Shown one piece after another: positions 10,593 to 20,965 of a stretch of 64,000 bases of DNA. Each line of letters starts with the position of its first letter. Position 1 is the first letter of the stretch. Source of the stretch: a virus (taxonomy: Duplodnaviria; Caudoviricetes); IMG/VR virus record IMGVR_UViG_3300028048_002144; one strand, written 5' to 3'. The notes under the pieces are model-generated. The model saw only the letters and a list, made by a program, of their open reading frames with translations. It was not told the origin of the DNA and ran no database searches. A program made the translations under genes and the position numbers.

Positions 10593-10747
10593 AAAACAAA
10601 AGCTCCTGGGTTATCCCAGGAGCTTATATCGGCAATCGTTCACCATTATTTTTTATACAGGGGAAGTGCCCGGTTCAGCCGATATGAATCCCTCAGCAAG
10701 TGAGCCTGTATTGATTTTTTATACGTAATTTACGTACAACAACTATG
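10593..10747 (-). ncRNA. Candidate structured small RNA (multi-stem junction + pseudoknot + terminator)
   Basis: Sigma-A-like promoter TAGACA-N17-TATATT (10782-10754); no credible ORF; nested helices; terminator AGCTCCTGGG/CCCAGGAGCT with U-run. Confidence 0.55.
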
Positions 10748-10779
10748 AAATATAATATACACTATGTTACAAAAAATGT

Positions 10780-10992
10780 CTAGTCTAATTTGTAATTAGA
10801 ATATTCTACGTCCATACTTGTACCATTTATATTTCTGCAATAAGGACAGATATCTTCACTTCTATCTCTGAATCCTGGTACTTGATCTTCCGTGAATTGC
10901 TTATATTTCTTATTACATTTCGGACAAGTAACAACATTACTAGACTCTCTGAAATACTCTAAATCCCCATCGCCATTGTAATATACTCCCAT
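10780..10992 (-). CDS. Small zinc-ribbon protein
   Basis: CPKC...CPYC; start set to ATG 10992 behind AAAGGAG. Confidence 0.65.
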   Translation of the reverse strand: MGVYYNGDGDLEYFRESSNVVTCPKCNKKYKQFTEDQVPGFRDRSEDICPYCRNINGTSMDVEYSNYKLD

Positions 10993-11017
10993 AGCATTTT
11001 CTCCTTTACTAACATAA

Positions 11018-11635
11018 TTAGTATTTAGGTTTCCCTTTTTGTATCTCACTTAAAAACTGGCATAAGATTTTAGGGCAAAAATTCTTTTCAACTAAATTTG
11101 CCATTTCTTTTAAAACATCAGCTTCGTTTTTCTGATCATGGTATGGTCTTTTATCCGTCATAGCATCAAATGTATCTGTTATACGCACTAGTTTAGCTAA
11201 CAATGGGATTTGTTCGCCCTTCAAACCATAATATCCAGATCCATCGAAATTTTCATGATGATACAATATTCCATTTACAACATCATCAGAAAAATATCCA
11301 CTTTGTTTTATTTCTTGAGCACCCCATTTAGGGTGGTTCTTTATGATTTCAAATTCTTCATTTGTAAGCTTACCTTTTTTATTTAAGATATTAATATCAA
11401 TATATTTTTTACCAATATCATGAAGTAAGGCTGCTTCGATTAATTTTTCCATCAAATCTTCATTTAATCCCATCTGGAATCCAGTATAAGCAGATTCAAC
11501 AGCTACATTTAAAGAATGATAATAAGTATATATATCATAGTCCTTTAAAATAGATAGTTCTTTTTTAATAAAATCGTTTTTGTTTAATGTTGCTTTTATA
11601 AGTTCAGTAACTATTTCAGATAAATTCTGTTCCAT
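11018..11635 (-). CDS. HD-GYP-type cyclic-dinucleotide phosphodiesterase (stand-alone domain)
   Basis: HSLNV, LHDIGK, HHENFDGSGYY (GYP variant), DTFDAMT.RPY. Confidence 0.85.
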   Translation of the reverse strand: MEQNLSEIVTELIKATLNKNDFIKKELSILKDYDIYTYYHSLNVAVESAYTGFQMGLNEDLMEKLIEAALLHDIGKKYIDINILNKKGKLTNEEFEIIKNHPKWGAQEIKQSGYFSDDVVNGILYHHENFDGSGYYGLKGEQIPLLAKLVRITDTFDAMTDKRPYHDQKNEADVLKEMANLVEKNFCPKILCQFLSEIQKGKPKY

Positions 11636-11648
11636 TATAGAGTCCTTT

Positions 11649-14054
11649 CTACGAGTTGAACTTGAATTTTAACATGCTTTTTTCTCCATTCTTTTCAAGG
11701 ACTAATCTTGCTTTGAATTTTTTACCGGCTTTAGAAACAAAACCACTTAATTCTTTTGTCTTTCCTTTTTCGATTGCATCTCTTAATTCGTCATTTGTTA
11801 ATCGTCTCTTACATACATTGGCCCAGAGCGTAAAATCACAAGAAGGGCAAGATACTTTATCACCTTGTCTTTGTAATTCTTCCATACAGTCAGGGCATTG
11901 AATTCCTATGTCTACTTTTTGAGCTTGTATAAAATCTAGTTTACCTTCAGTTGCATTAAATTTTAGTTTTTGCATCCAAGTTGCACTTTTATCTTTTTTA
12001 GTAAGCTTCTTCTCTACTGTATTGCCATTAAATAGATTAATAGCATCTTCTTTAGTGAATGTAGCTCCTAGAAAATTCTTAATTAGAGTATATTTACAGC
12101 CATCACTATAACCTAAACAATAGAAGTTTTTAGGGCCTTCCATAATATCTTTTCCACATGAAGGGCATGTCATGATTGGCTCTTTTTTATAATTATTTGC
12201 ATCACCATAATATGTTTTATTGACAAGTTTTATTTCATTAATCAGTTTAACGGTTTCTTCCTTCATTATCTCTTCGCCAGCAGCTAAGGATAACTCTCCG
12301 TTTCTGATTTTTAATAACATCTGCTCCCAATGTCCAGTAGTGTCTATATTACATAGGGATACATCATTTATAGTATGAATCATAAATGATCCAAAATCGG
12401 TTGGTACAAGATTATTCTTAACTCGCTTAATATATTTATCTTTTATAAGCTTTTCGATAATTCCAGCTCTGGTTGCTGGTGTACCGATACTTAAATCTTT
12501 AATATCTTCTTTAATAGTTTTATCAGTTAAGTATTTAGTAGGATTTTCCATAGCCGCAATAAGTGTACCATCAGTGAAACGTTTAGGCTTCTGGCTTATT
12601 TTTTCAACCTTATCGAAGCTACTAACTGAATATGTTTCTCCCTCATTAACGAGAGGAATCTCAATATCATTTACTTTTGTTTCAAGGAATTCAGTAAAAC
12701 CTTTATCTACTACTATTTTTCCAGATGATCTAAATAAATATTTATTACCGTTATAATCTTCTACTTCAGATATAACTGTAGTTTTATCCTGGATAAGAGG
12801 TAACTGGAATATGGCTAAAAACCTTTTTACGACCAGACTGTAGATATCTAATTCTTTATTAGATAACTGCTCAAGATCTGGCTTTTCTGTTGTAGGAATA
12901 ATAGCTGAATGTCCATGCTTTTTTAATTCTGCATCATTAACATATTTCTTAATGCTTTTTACATTAGAAATTCTTGTAGATGCAAATGCAACTTCTTTAG
13001 AAAATTCCATAAATGTTGCACAAGATGATAAAATACCTCTAAAATTCTCATTAGAAGATATAACTTCACAATCAGTTCTAGGGTAAGACAGTAAATGCTT
13101 TTCATACAGACTTTGGATAATCTCCAGAGTATCATTAGCTGAATAACCTAGTTTAGCTGCATCCATCTGTAGAGTTGCCAGTTTATATAATTTAGGGGCA
13201 AAAGATGTTGTTCTCTTTTTATCTACAGATATAATCTTACCGCTATCATTTAAAGTATCAATAAGATCTCTTACAGATTCCTCTGTATCGAATACTTTTA
13301 CTCCAATTTGATTATTAGTTTCTTCATCTGAAACCGTTTCTTTCTGATCTTCGTAAAGATATCCGCTTAATCCATTAGCATAATTTACATTTAATCCATA
13401 TGTAGTTTTAGGAATGAAATTTATAATTTCATCTTCTCTTTTTACAATAGTTGACTGAACCGCAGTCATTACTCTTCCAACTGCGATAGTATTTCCTTTA
13501 GCATATAATCTATTTCCTAATGCTCTTGAACCATTCATACCAAATCTGTAATCAGAATGCTGTCTAATTAAGGCAGCAGCCATAAGATTTTTGTACATAG
13601 GTTCATCATCGGATTTTAGATTCTTTAGAGCATTTATAATTCCATCTTGAGTTGTATCATTTGCCCAGAATCTTAGTACGGGAAGTTTATTATTAAATTG
13701 CTGTAATACTAGATTAACTAACAATTCACCTTCCTGGTCTGGATCTCCTGCATGTATAATTACATCATACTTACCAGAAGTGGCCATTTTCTTAATTTCT
13801 TCGTACTGTTTTTTGGTACTCTTTTTTACTTTGTACTGCCAGCCACCTTCATTCTCAGGCTCTATTGGTAGTAATTTTTCATCCCAGCTAACATAAATAG
13901 GATTCATTTCAGCTGGATCTTTTAACTCAATTAAATGTCCAAACTGCGCAGTAAAATCAATATCATATTCGATATCTTTTGCGCACTTTTTATATGCTCT
14001 TTGAATATCTCTCATTAGAGAGGGTTTTTCTGCTATTAATAAAGCTTTTTTCAT
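11649..14054 (-). CDS. topB: Type IA DNA topoisomerase (Topo III-like) with C-terminal Zn/Toprim_Crpt repeats
   Basis: AEKPS, DPDQEGEL, GRVMT, SYPRTD (catalytic Tyr), GTPATRA, GFVSKAGKKFKA. Confidence 0.92.
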   Translation of the reverse strand: MKKALLIAEKPSLMRDIQRAYKKCAKDIEYDIDFTAQFGHLIELKDPAEMNPIYVSWDEKLLPIEPENEGGWQYKVKKSTKKQYEEIKKMATSGKYDVIIHAGDPDQEGELLVNLVLQQFNNKLPVLRFWANDTTQDGIINALKNLKSDDEPMYKNLMAAALIRQHSDYRFGMNGSRALGNRLYAKGNTIAVGRVMTAVQSTIVKREDEIINFIPKTTYGLNVNYANGLSGYLYEDQKETVSDEETNNQIGVKVFDTEESVRDLIDTLNDSGKIISVDKKRTTSFAPKLYKLATLQMDAAKLGYSANDTLEIIQSLYEKHLLSYPRTDCEVISSNENFRGILSSCATFMEFSKEVAFASTRISNVKSIKKYVNDAELKKHGHSAIIPTTEKPDLEQLSNKELDIYSLVVKRFLAIFQLPLIQDKTTVISEVEDYNGNKYLFRSSGKIVVDKGFTEFLETKVNDIEIPLVNEGETYSVSSFDKVEKISQKPKRFTDGTLIAAMENPTKYLTDKTIKEDIKDLSIGTPATRAGIIEKLIKDKYIKRVKNNLVPTDFGSFMIHTINDVSLCNIDTTGHWEQMLLKIRNGELSLAAGEEIMKEETVKLINEIKLVNKTYYGDANNYKKEPIMTCPSCGKDIMEGPKNFYCLGYSDGCKYTLIKNFLGATFTKEDAINLFNGNTVEKKLTKKDKSATWMQKLKFNATEGKLDFIQAQKVDIGIQCPDCMEELQRQGDKVSCPSCDFTLWANVCKRRLTNDELRDAIEKGKTKELSGFVSKAGKKFKARLVLEKNGEKSMLKFKFNS

Positions 14055-14104
14055 AAGTTCTCCTTAAAATTCAGCTTTTCTATAAAAATATGACAGATTC
14101 GCTT

Positions 14105-14470
14105 TTATACGAACAGACTACAATGCTTTGGTAAAAATTCTCTGTTAAACTTTGTACCAATACGTTTTCCACCAAAGCTATTCATAATTTCTCCATTGAA
14201 AATCGGATAATATAAGAGGTTGATATCTTTATCTACAAAGTAAATAGAACTATTATGCTTCTGCGCATAATCCATAATTTCAGAGAACTCCGGATTCTCC
14301 CATAACAGAGTTTCATTAGGTTCATCATCTAAAACCAGAATAAACTTCGATTCTTCGTAATAACTATTAAATATATTTTCTCTAGTTATATCTTTTTTAC
14401 GAGTAATTAGATTTTCTATTACATCTTCGTAATTGTATTTTGAAAAGTTTTTTACACAGAATTTATTCAT
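14105..14470 (-). CDS. Hypothetical protein
   Basis: ORF with SD AAGGAG. Confidence 0.6.
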   Translation of the reverse strand: MNKFCVKNFSKYNYEDVIENLITRKKDITRENIFNSYYEESKFILVLDDEPNETLLWENPEFSEIMDYAQKHNSSIYFVDKDINLLYYPIFNGEIMNSFGGKRIGTKFNREFLPKHCSLFV

Positions 14471-14524
14471 AATGTTCTCCTTATGAAAATGTTGTCTATT
14501 ATGTTAAAGTGTACTCAAATGTGC

Positions 14525-15766
14525 TTACACTGCATTGTCAAACCAATATATCTTTGAATATTTCCAAAGTAGTTTGCATTTTTTGGCATTAACCTTTTTA
14601 CAATGTTTTGTAGGACTCTGAAAATTCAAAGCATTTAACTTTGGATAAAGTGCGGTTACGTAACCTCTATGAGTTTCACCATTTTTGAAGGTATATTCAA
14701 CTAAATCTCTATGTTTTATACTTAAAACGTTATCCGTTTTAGCTTTACTTTGCCTACGTATTGGTTTTATTATCCATTCTATAATATCTGTAGTATCTGG
14801 TTTTAGATCTGTTATACAGATAGCATCGTTCGAATGTGATTTTTCTATATCCCAGTCAATGCGTTTATTTGCAGTATCACCACCATTTGTTAAATGTAAA
14901 ATACCAAGTTCTGATAACTGTTTTCTCAACCAATTTTTACCTATCATTACATGACTTGCATAATTAAGATTTTTATTATCAGAAGAATTAAGCATATTAA
15001 AATAATGTTTCATATACTGTTCTTCTTTGCCTTCTGTCTTTTGGTGGCAATCACTACATAAAGTTATGAGATTATCTAATGTATTAGAACCGTTAAGTCT
15101 TCGTGGTTTTATATGATGTACTTCCAATACAGTATTAGATTTACCACATTCCATACATTTGTGGCCATCACGGAAAATAACTGCTTTACGAATATTCTCA
15201 TCTAAACGATTTGATTTTTGATATTGCCAATTATAAGGTTTATAACCATCTGTTAAGGCTCTTATATCAATAGCAACATCTTCGAGCCAATAATTGGTAA
15301 TATTAATCCATTTATTCAGATGGTATATTACTCGCATTGTAGCTTGTCGTTTTTGTAAAATACTTGGTGCTATTCTCCCGTTTCGTTTAGATGATTTACG
15401 ATTATAAAATCGTGCCTTACGATATCTTTTTTGATATCTGTGATATCTACGATAGCTTCTGCGAACATCCATAAGATGCTTTACGTCATTACGCTGTTCG
15501 ATTGTACCTTTAAATAAAACCTTATTCTTAGTTTGACATTTCTGCACTAGAGCTATACCTGCATGTAATCCACCATCATCAATACCAAGGCGAATTTCAT
15601 CTTTACAGATTTCATCATTAGGAATAACTCTATTGAGTTGTATTACCATAGGATATTTAGATACGAGTTTCGCTTTGCCTTTTCGTATCATATACCACGC
15701 TTTAGTTTCTTTCGTTGGGCTTAACTGCTTACCGTCAGCGTCCAACACAAAACTATAATTTGTCAT
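14525..15766 (-). CDS. iscB: IscB RNA-guided endonuclease (copy 1)
   Basis: PLMP-like N-terminus ([12 protein letters not shown]), RuvC-I GIDDG, Arg-rich bridge, RuvC-II WLED, HNH ([20 protein letters not shown]), RuvC-III SHSND. Confidence 0.9.
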   Translation of the reverse strand: MTNYSFVLDADGKQLSPTKETKAWYMIRKGKAKLVSKYPMVIQLNRVIPNDEICKDEIRLGIDDGGLHAGIALVQKCQTKNKVLFKGTIEQRNDVKHLMDVRRSYRRYHRYQKRYRKARFYNRKSSKRNGRIAPSILQKRQATMRVIYHLNKWINITNYWLEDVAIDIRALTDGYKPYNWQYQKSNRLDENIRKAVIFRDGHKCMECGKSNTVLEVHHIKPRRLNGSNTLDNLITLCSDCHQKTEGKEEQYMKHYFNMLNSSDNKNLNYASHVMIGKNWLRKQLSELGILHLTNGGDTANKRIDWDIEKSHSNDAICITDLKPDTTDIIEWIIKPIRRQSKAKTDNVLSIKHRDLVEYTFKNGETHRGYVTALYPKLNALNFQSPTKHCKKVNAKKCKLLWKYSKIYWFDNAV

Positions 15767-15774
15767 TTCTGACC

Positions 15775-16082
15775 ACCTTCCTTTCGGAGAATTGTTCCTC
15801 GTGCCAATGACAGAAAGAAGTGTTTATGTTTCGCTGTTTGCACCACAGGACATTAGTGGTGTTTCTTGCTTGGCAATCACAGAGCAACGGACTGAGAATA
15901 CATCCGAGGGTGTGTCTTTAACTTATCTCTCTATCGTAGTTCATCATGCAGAGTAGCTTTCGCTATCAGCACTCACTTAGGCTCGAAACCTACTGTTAAA
16001 TTCATGGCTCAAAAAGCTTAATTGTGTCCACTTTTGAGTATGTTTAAACATATATTGCTATGTTTTTAATTACTTAACAGTT
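15775..16082 (-). ncRNA. omegaRNA (HEARO-like) of IscB copy 1; ends approximate
   Basis: About 300-nt structured non-coding leader directly upstream of iscB, with CTGTTAA/TTAACAG pairing and CTACG, GGATG..CAGTCC..GCTCTG and CATTGGC segments typical of omegaRNAs. Confidence 0.7.
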
Positions 16083-16087
16083 AGTCC

Positions 16088-16918
16088 TTATTCGTGAATA
16101 TAAACTGGCGTTCCTACATCTACATTTGCATATAGATTTTTCATTACAGAATATGGTGTATTAACACAGCCATGTGATCCGTTCCTATGATAGATATTGC
16201 CACCAAATGAACCTCGCCAGGTTGCGTCATGTATGCCTATTCCGCTTCCAGTTAATCGCATCCAATAATTTACCCAGCTACTATATCCAGGGCCTTTGAG
16301 AGTCTTCCCAGGCACTTTTGAAGTAATATAGTAAGCTCCTACAGGTGTTTTAGTTGTATCTTTACCCGTTACAACAGATGTTTCTATTACAGGGTTATAA
16401 ATATTGTTTTTATTTTTCTCGTATAGATACATTTTCTGGTTAGAAATAGATACTTCTATATATTTGTTAGCTGGATAATCGCTATATCTTATTGGTTCTC
16501 TATTAGCTAAAGATTCATGCTTTAAAAAACATTCTTTTAAATATTTAATCTCAGCCTTCTTATCTATATCTAATAGGGTGCCTTCGGTTATTAGCGAATC
16601 CTCACCAGACATTGTTTTAAAGGGTATAGGTTTCTTATCAAAATCTATTTTTTCTACTTGTTCATCTATAAATGATAAATCTGTATTTTTATAATCCTTT
16701 TCATTAAGAATCTCTGATTCCACTTTCGCCCCATTAGAATACTCACACACCCATTTGAAAAGTTTAGGTTTTTCTTCTGATTTATTCTTCTTGTCTAAAT
16801 TTTCAATATTATTAGTGTTTACGTATGGGCTAATATTTTTACTATGGAATCTATATACTTGTATAAGAATACCTAGCAATAACAAACCGATAATTATATA
16901 TTTGATATAATTTTTCAT
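16088..16918 (-). CDS. L,D-transpeptidase (YkuD) family protein
   Basis: N-terminal TM; IEVSISNQKM, VVTG..TPVG, IGIHDA, GSHGCVN. Confidence 0.9.
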   Translation of the reverse strand: MKNYIKYIIIGLLLLGILIQVYRFHSKNISPYVNTNNIENLDKKNKSEEKPKLFKWVCEYSNGAKVESEILNEKDYKNTDLSFIDEQVEKIDFDKKPIPFKTMSGEDSLITEGTLLDIDKKAEIKYLKECFLKHESLANREPIRYSDYPANKYIEVSISNQKMYLYEKNKNNIYNPVIETSVVTGKDTTKTPVGAYYITSKVPGKTLKGPGYSSWVNYWMRLTGSGIGIHDATWRGSFGGNIYHRNGSHGCVNTPYSVMKNLYANVDVGTPVYIHE

Positions 16919-16968
16919 CTATTTCTTAGCAGGATACCCTGGCTTTTATAAGCCGAGGATGAATGCGA

Positions 16969-18219
16969 TTAAGCACACTCCATGCTTCTCCTTTCCGTAA
17001 GATAACTATTAGGTGTATACAGATATTTTAATTTTTTATAACTGATATTACCCTTATTTACTTTTTCTCTCTGTAGATTTCTTATATCAAAAAATCCGCT
17101 AGTTCTTCTTCCAAAAACGAAATACTCTTTGTCATCAAAGCTTACCTTATCGAATAGCCTGAATCCTTTTACCTTATATTCAGCTTGATTATTCTTGCGT
17201 ATACCGCCTTTATTAATCTTATACTTATGTATCTGCCTGTTATGGCAGCGTATTTTCTTTTGATAATATACATATCCCAGAGGCTTAGCTAATGGGTTTT
17301 TGCTGATACATCTGGCATCTATATAGTGCTCTTTAGGAAGGTTATTTTTTATACGAGTATTTTTAGTTATATATCCGTATGTAAGACTTACATTCGGATA
17401 AGTCTCTTTTAACTTGTTGTAAAACGCCCATCTCATTATTCCCATAAAAGTAGCATCTTTAAAACTCATGCCACGTTTGATAGTCTTTGGTAGTTTTACG
17501 GTTCCTTTGTGGTACCCTTTATGACAAGTCTCACATAGAGTAATAAGGTTATTCGGTGCATTTCCTCCAGTTTTTCGGCTTTCGATATGATGTACATTAA
17601 GAATTTTATCCTTTGACTTTCCTTTGCAACACTGGCAAATGTGACCATCTCTGGAAAGCACATATTCTCTAACATTCCAAAAATCTAACTGTTCACCTTG
17701 TTGATACTCTGTTCCACTTATGGTGGGATTCTTAATCTTTTGAATGTCAAAAGACGCAACTTCTACGATTATTCTTGTGACAGGAAGTATTTTGTATACA
17801 TCCTCAACAACTTTTAGGTGAGTATCTACTTTTGCCTGTACTGAAGGTGCAAGCCATCTGTCAGATCTTTTACGGTTATTAAATTTTGGTTTTCTGTATC
17901 TTGTTTTACGATTTCGTCTTGTTCTGCGAGCTTCTCTGCGTGTAGAAAGTAAATTCACAATATCATTTCGTAGTTCTACATCTGCAGCATATAGTTCTTT
18001 ATCAGTAGTAGTTGCTGACACGCCTATATGTTTACTGCCTGCATCAATACCTAAAGATACATCCTGAGTATAAGTCGTACTCTTATACATTAATTGTATT
18101 GTAAACGGACATCTTTTAATTACTTTTGCTTTACCTTTGTTAAGTAATCTGCGTACTTTGCCACATCTATTTGTTGGCATTAATGGTTGTCCGTTTATAT
18201 CTAATACATATACCAACAT
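16969..18219 (-). CDS. iscB: IscB RNA-guided endonuclease (copy 2)
   Basis: VYVLDINGQPLMPT, GIDAGSK, RREARRTRR bridge, IVEVASFD, HNH (CQCC..NVHHI..NLITLCETCH), EHYIDA. Confidence 0.93.
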   Translation of the reverse strand: MLVYVLDINGQPLMPTNRCGKVRRLLNKGKAKVIKRCPFTIQLMYKSTTYTQDVSLGIDAGSKHIGVSATTTDKELYAADVELRNDIVNLLSTRREARRTRRNRKTRYRKPKFNNRKRSDRWLAPSVQAKVDTHLKVVEDVYKILPVTRIIVEVASFDIQKIKNPTISGTEYQQGEQLDFWNVREYVLSRDGHICQCCKGKSKDKILNVHHIESRKTGGNAPNNLITLCETCHKGYHKGTVKLPKTIKRGMSFKDATFMGIMRWAFYNKLKETYPNVSLTYGYITKNTRIKNNLPKEHYIDARCISKNPLAKPLGYVYYQKKIRCHNRQIHKYKINKGGIRKNNQAEYKVKGFRLFDKVSFDDKEYFVFGRRTSGFFDIRNLQREKVNKGNISYKKLKYLYTPNSYLTERRSMECA

Positions 18220-18229
18220 AGATTTGGCT

Positions 18230-18544
18230 CCTTTCTGTAAATTACTGATATGTTTATTGCTATAAGCCGGTACATATCAACCGTAATGCAGCCTTCGCCA
18301 ATGTTATTATGAGGTTTTTGTAAGCAACACCGTTCCTACCCATTAGAACTGTTTAATCACTTATCTTAGAGCTGCAGACTAGGCTGAACATCCACAGGTA
18401 ACTATACATAACAATGAAACTACTAATGTTTCATTGTATATTCTCACATAACGTAGTCAGTTAAGACTTAGGCTAGTCAACAAAGGCTTTTACAAGCCTC
18501 CACTTCAACAATTATAAAATAATCGCAAGTGGTGAGTTATTGAC
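18230..18544 (-). ncRNA. omegaRNA scaffold of IscB copy 2
   Basis: GTCAA..TTGAC terminal pairing, GACTAGCCTAAG, CTACGTT, GGATG..CTAGTCTG..GCTCT, AACATTGGCGAAGG. Confidence 0.8.
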
Positions 18545-20502
18545 CCTACTCGTAGGTTTTGATATACCGTTTTATCTTCAATATTTCTGATGAAGATATT
18601 TGCAGTTCCAGGAATGTATTCTCCGTGGAAAAGAATACTTCCAGGGACCATTAGATAGAGTCTTTTCTTTGCTCTAGTAATCGCTACATACCAGAGTCGC
18701 AAGGACTCTTGAAACTCGTCCTGTGATATAAAACTGCTTTCTCCAGGGAATATTCCGTCTATGCAGTTCTGGACAAAGACATGTTCAAACTCAAGACCTT
18801 TAGCAGAATGTATAGTGCTTATAGTTAATGCATTATCATCTTTCTTCTGATCCGGTGTTCTGTCTAGGGTAAATGCATCTAACATTGATTTAATGCTTGT
18901 ATAGTCATTTGCAATTTCTAATAAAACCTTTATAGTCTTCTTATCATTTTTAATTGCATCAATCTGCTTTTCTTTACTGCTCTCACTTGATCTTGAAAGA
19001 TTTACTTTTTCTTCGGCCATTGAGAAATAGAATTCCTTTATTTTATTAAGCTGGGTTTTGTAATCAGAGTCTTTTAATTCAATATAAAAATTATGAAGAT
19101 CGTTTAAATATGGTTTAATACTATTAAGATGTGAATATGGATTATCAATAATAAAATTATCTCTTTTACAATCACAGGCAATTACTTTAGAACGTTTAGT
19201 TCCTATTTTAGGTAGAACGTCTAATACACTAAACCAAGCAAGTTCATCATATGGATTAACAATAATCTTACAGAAGTTTAGGAAATCAATTACGCATTTA
19301 TGCTCTAAAAATTTGAGTCCACCTAGCTTTTTATATGGAATTCCTTCTTTGTCCAAAAGGAGTTCTAGCTTATAACTTTCTTTTGATGTACGACTTAAAA
19401 CAGCTATATCTTTTACTGTATTATTTGCGTAGAAGTAATCTTTGATGAAGTTGAATTCGTATTCTAATTCATCTCTATCAGTGTCTAATAACACACACTT
19501 TGGCTTACTCTCGTTATCTGTATATGTGCCGATCATTTCTTTATCAAAGTTATTAATATTACTAGAATTAAATGACTGATTAGCAAACTCTACAATTTCA
19601 TTTGATGAACGATAATTCGTTTTTAGAACTGTAGTAATACATTCTGGGAAAGTATCCTGGAATGATAAGATGTTTCTTACATCAGCTCCTCTAAATGCAT
19701 AGATACTCTGCGCATCGTCACCTACTACAGTAATATTCCTATTCTTACTACCAATAAGCTTTATGATTTTAGCTTGTAGTATATTAGTATCCTGGTACTC
19801 ATCTACCATAATGAACTTATATCGAGTAGCTATTTTATTTAATACTTCTTCGTTCTGAAGTAATTCATAGAACTTTACCAGCAGATCATCATAATCAAGC
19901 ATTCTATTTTCTTTTTTATATTCATCATATTTAGTTTTTAACTGTTTTATGTATGCAATGACTTCTGGGTAAATGTCTTCATAAGAGTTAGAAACCTTTT
20001 TAGGAATAATTTCCTCGAAAGTTCTTTCTGTATTTATATGCTCAGAAATACAAGCTATGATCTTATTAGTATTTAATCCTTTAATCTTGTTTCTATCGCC
20101 AAAATCTTCTTTTATAAAAGACATCGCTGTTACAGTTTCTGGTGGTGTTAGAATAGAAAAATTACTCGAAACACCAATAAAGCGTCCATATTTTCTTAAC
20201 ATAAGCGCACAAAAAGAATGATAAGTACAGGCAGTGATTTGCTCTGTATTATCACCCTCATAATTTTCTAGGTTCTTCTTTATTCTTTCCTTCATTTCAT
20301 TAGCAGCTGCATTTGTAAAAGTAAGAAGTAATATTTCTTTTGGTGTAGCTACTTTTTCTGAAAGTAAATACGATACTCTTGTAGTAAGAGTGTGTGTTTT
20401 TCCAGAACCAGCTCCGGCTAATATTAAAAGTGGTCCATATGTATGTGTAGCAGCTTTATACTGCTCTTTATTTAATCTTGATAACGTTTCTTTTATGTTC
20501 AT
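18505..20502 (-). CDS. uvrD: UvrD/PcrA/Rep SF1A helicase (last ~12 codons supplied by the IscB element)
   Basis: AGAGSGKT, TFTNAAA, VDEYQDTN, VGDDAQSIYAFRGA, NYRS, TIHSAKGLEF, YVAITRAK. Confidence 0.92.
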   Translation of the reverse strand: MNIKETLSRLNKEQYKAATHTYGPLLILAGAGSGKTHTLTTRVSYLLSEKVATPKEILLLTFTNAAANEMKERIKKNLENYEGDNTEQITACTYHSFCALMLRKYGRFIGVSSNFSILTPPETVTAMSFIKEDFGDRNKIKGLNTNKIIACISEHINTERTFEEIIPKKVSNSYEDIYPEVIAYIKQLKTKYDEYKKENRMLDYDDLLVKFYELLQNEEVLNKIATRYKFIMVDEYQDTNILQAKIIKLIGSKNRNITVVGDDAQSIYAFRGADVRNILSFQDTFPECITTVLKTNYRSSNEIVEFANQSFNSSNINNFDKEMIGTYTDNESKPKCVLLDTDRDELEYEFNFIKDYFYANNTVKDIAVLSRTSKESYKLELLLDKEGIPYKKLGGLKFLEHKCVIDFLNFCKIIVNPYDELAWFSVLDVLPKIGTKRSKVIACDCKRDNFIIDNPYSHLNSIKPYLNDLHNFYIELKDSDYKTQLNKIKEFYFSMAEEKVNLSRSSESSKEKQIDAIKNDKKTIKVLLEIANDYTSIKSMLDAFTLDRTPDQKKDDNALTISTIHSAKGLEFEHVFVQNCIDGIFPGESSFISQDEFQESLRLWYVAITRAKKRLYLMVPGSILFHGEYIPGTANIFIRNIEDKTVYQNLRVGSITHHLRLFYNC

Positions 20503-20617
20503 TTATTTACCTCTATATTGGTGACTAATCTATTATTAATATGACAGTTTTGGCATTGTTTTACGGTTTTTGTACAAAAACATTGTTTCTGTCATATTTT
20601 AAATAGGAGATTTTATA

Positions 20618-20965
20618 ATGCTTTTGTTAGAAAGTAGGTTATTTATGCATTGCGAAGATAATGTAAAAATATCTAAACATGCATCCAAACGATTAAAAGA
20701 ACGTCAAGGTTTTAAAAAACGTAGTAATACAAGAATGATAGAAAAAGTTTTAAATGAAGGTTATGATCTCGATGAAACTAAAGGAGTTTTGAATAACTAT
20801 TTAAGAAATAAAAAAGATAATTATAAAGAACTGGGAGAATTTATTTATAGAGTATATGGAGAGTATGTTTATATATTTAATGAAAACGAAGTTTTAGTTA
20901 CTTCTATTCTCTTACCGCCTTATATTAAAAAGAATCTTAAAAAATTAGTATTTAAGAAAATATAA
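20618..20965 (+). CDS. Hypothetical protein (SKHAxxRxxER pattern, possibly RelE-like RNase fold)
   Basis: Own GTCATATT motif (20591) and SD AGGAG; fold guess is weak. Confidence 0.6.
   Translation: MLLLESRLFMHCEDNVKISKHASKRLKERQGFKKRSNTRMIEKVLNEGYDLDETKGVLNNYLRNKKDNYKELGEFIYRVYGEYVYIFNENEVLVTSILLPPYIKKNLKKLVFKKI

Larger units (their letters stand above)
16929..18544 (-). mobile_element. Non-autonomous IS200/IS605-superfamily IscB element inserted in the 3' end of uvrD
   Basis: Left end GTCAATAACTCACCACTT..GAAGTGGAGGCTTG at 18544; right-end hairpin CCTCGGCT-ATAAA-AGCCAGGG then GTATCCTGC; no tnpA. Confidence 0.8.

Noticed and set aside
10482-10703. 73-aa plus-strand ORF
   Set aside because: No SD; crosses terminators and the candidate RNA antisense.
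14525-18219. Cas9 or TnpB
   Set aside because: About 415 aa with a PLMP-type N-terminus, split RuvC plus HNH and an upstream omegaRNA indicates IscB; there is no array or REC lobe.
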